Assembly: GCA_016212505.1 (NCBI GenBank)
Contig: JACRGB010000021.1
Coordinates: 1 to 55,671 of the forward strand
From: Candidatus Micrarchaeota archaeon
GTDB lineage: Archaea > Micrarchaeota > Micrarchaeia > Anstonellales > Bilamarchaeaceae
Length of the DNA stretch: 55,671 nt
Direction: 5' to 3'
The notes under the pieces were generated by a model. That model saw only the letters and a program-made list of their open reading frames with translations, ran no database searches and was not told the origin of the DNA. Position 1 is the stretch's first letter, and each line of letters begins with the position of its first letter. Below, piece after piece: positions 54,388 to 55,671 of the stretch. A program made the position numbers and the translations under genes.

Positions 54388-55551
54388 ATGTTTACTCCCG
54401 GTGAGCTTATGACATTGGCAGATCAACCTCCATTTCAAACAGGACATGCTCCCTTTGTTGCTAGAGATCTTCAGGTCATTCCTTGGAACGAAAATGTAAT
54501 GAACTTAATTTCTACCTTGATGAATTATGGGCTTGCTTCTATTGATGGCAGCATCTTTAGTCTAAAACAAACTGAAAATGGTTTGTATTTAGTATTTGTT
54601 GATGGTTTTGCCAAATCCTTTCGATTTCCTTATAATGTTGCAATGGCGTCCGGAGAATTTGAGGAAGAAGATATAGGTACTTTGGACCAAGCGATCAGAT
54701 CAAGTAGAAACCATGACTTTTCCTACCCGGTTTCATTGCCTCTTCAAACCGGAGCATTAACTGCCCAAAGCTCTCATGATCTTCTTATTCTTACTGCATT
54801 TGCAAATTTTGAGGCTGGATTTGTTGAAATGAACTACTTAAGGCCAATTGCAGGGCCTAGTGATTGCACTAAGAAAGGTGTCCCTGCAGATTGCGCTATA
54901 GATGCAAACCTCTACCACACCACATTTTCTCTTATTCCCTTTTTTTGGCCCGCCATCTTAGGTCCAAAATCCCCAACTCATCCAGGAATAAACGTTTTGT
55001 TGTCTCAAAATAGTCATTCTCCTCACCCAAGCGTAGATCGCATAAGATTCAAAGCAAGTTCAGAATATCATACTAGATCAAGGGCAGTTAGAGAAAAGCG
55101 ACTTTTTAATGCGAGATTTGCAGGCAATAACCCAAAGTCTGAATTTTACCTTGGCGATGTTCTTCTCTTGGATTGGGCCATGAATTATTTAAGAGAAGCT
55201 TCGGGCTCAAACTTTTTTGTTGTTGAGCAAGATGGCACTTTTCATACTCCTAAAGCTGATGGTTCTATATTTCCTGGTTTAAATAGAAGATTTGTAATAA
55301 TGGATTTGGTGAATGGGCCAGTTGGAAAGGCCATGGGATGGAAAATGGCTGATGAGGAAGAAGAAATGTCCCTTGCCGATTTAAGAAATTACCGAAAGAA
55401 GGGAGCATCAGTTTTCTTTACAGGAAGTGCTCTTGGTGTTGTAGCTGCTAAAAAAGTAATCATAGCAAAAGTTCCAAGGCCTACTTCATTATCTGATTAT
55501 GAAATTCTTGACTTTACCATCAATCAACATGTAAATCGGGTTGCGCGCTAA
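54388..55551 (+). CDS. Divergent class IV PLP aminotransferase (IlvE-like)
   Basis: NYG, YLRP, KASSEY, LLLD, EASGSNFF, FPGLNR, FFTGSA. Confidence 0.75.
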   Translation: MFTPGELMTLADQPPFQTGHAPFVARDLQVIPWNENVMNLISTLMNYGLASIDGSIFSLKQTENGLYLVFVDGFAKSFRFPYNVAMASGEFEEEDIGTLDQAIRSSRNHDFSYPVSLPLQTGALTAQSSHDLLILTAFANFEAGFVEMNYLRPIAGPSDCTKKGVPADCAIDANLYHTTFSLIPFFWPAILGPKSPTHPGINVLLSQNSHSPHPSVDRIRFKASSEYHTRSRAVREKRLFNARFAGNNPKSEFYLGDVLLLDWAMNYLREASGSNFFVVEQDGTFHTPKADGSIFPGLNRRFVIMDLVNGPVGKAMGWKMADEEEEMSLADLRNYRKKGASVFFTGSALGVVAAKKVIIAKVPRPTSLSDYEILDFTINQHVNRVAR

Positions 55552-55552
55552 T

Positions 55553-55632
55553 CCCCACCTTTTCTAAGGTGGGGTCGTAAAAGCGCAACAAATGGTAAGG
55601 GGTTAAGGGGAAAAGCCAGATTTTCCCCTTAA
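55553..55632. repeat. REP-like hairpins
   Basis: CCCCACCTT-TTCT-AAGGTGGGG and TTAAGGGGAAAA-GCCAGA-TTTTCCCCTTAA. Confidence 0.7.
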
Positions 55633-55671
55633 GTATCTAATTTTTACCGGAATATTTTTGCTCAGTAGTGG

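Overview
Chromosomal window from an archaeon, most likely a DPANN Micrarchaeota lineage. The archaeal call rests on TFB, aIF1A, aIF2-beta, Rio1, Topo VI, archease and TATA/BRE promoters; the DPANN call is inferred from the 'LFGC'-type secreted proteins and the pilin type. Contents in order: a VirB2/TrbC-like pilin (partial, missed by the ORF track) head-to-head with an AT-rich surface-glycosylation locus (GT2, GT-C, WbpB/E/D-like enzymes, methyl- and acyltransferases); housekeeping genes (purL, argS, rio1, aIF1A, aIF2b, topA, pgk, tfb, top6AB, dim2/pno1, archease); three toxin-antitoxin loci (MNT-HEPN, HicBA with a nonsense-inactivated toxin, AbrB-PIN); and a tRNA-Asn(GTT) with two introns. 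Main discoveries: (i) a box C/D sRNA cluster at 29.4-29.7 kb, in which one guide is predicted to direct Cm34 of tRNA-Leu(CAA) and continues into a 55-bp-period tandem array of C/D-box hairpin units next to a PLD/Nuc-type enzyme; (ii) a secreted Cys-rich protein with a lytic-transglycosylase (SLT) motif behind a 1655-aa membrane protein, which with the pilin suggests a host-contact or wall-breaching apparatus; (iii) a REP-like hairpin family that makes up the ends of the tRNA anticodon intron; (iv) palindrome trains upstream of top6B and argS; (v) several unannotated small proteins. All calls are from motif reading by eye; no database searches were run.
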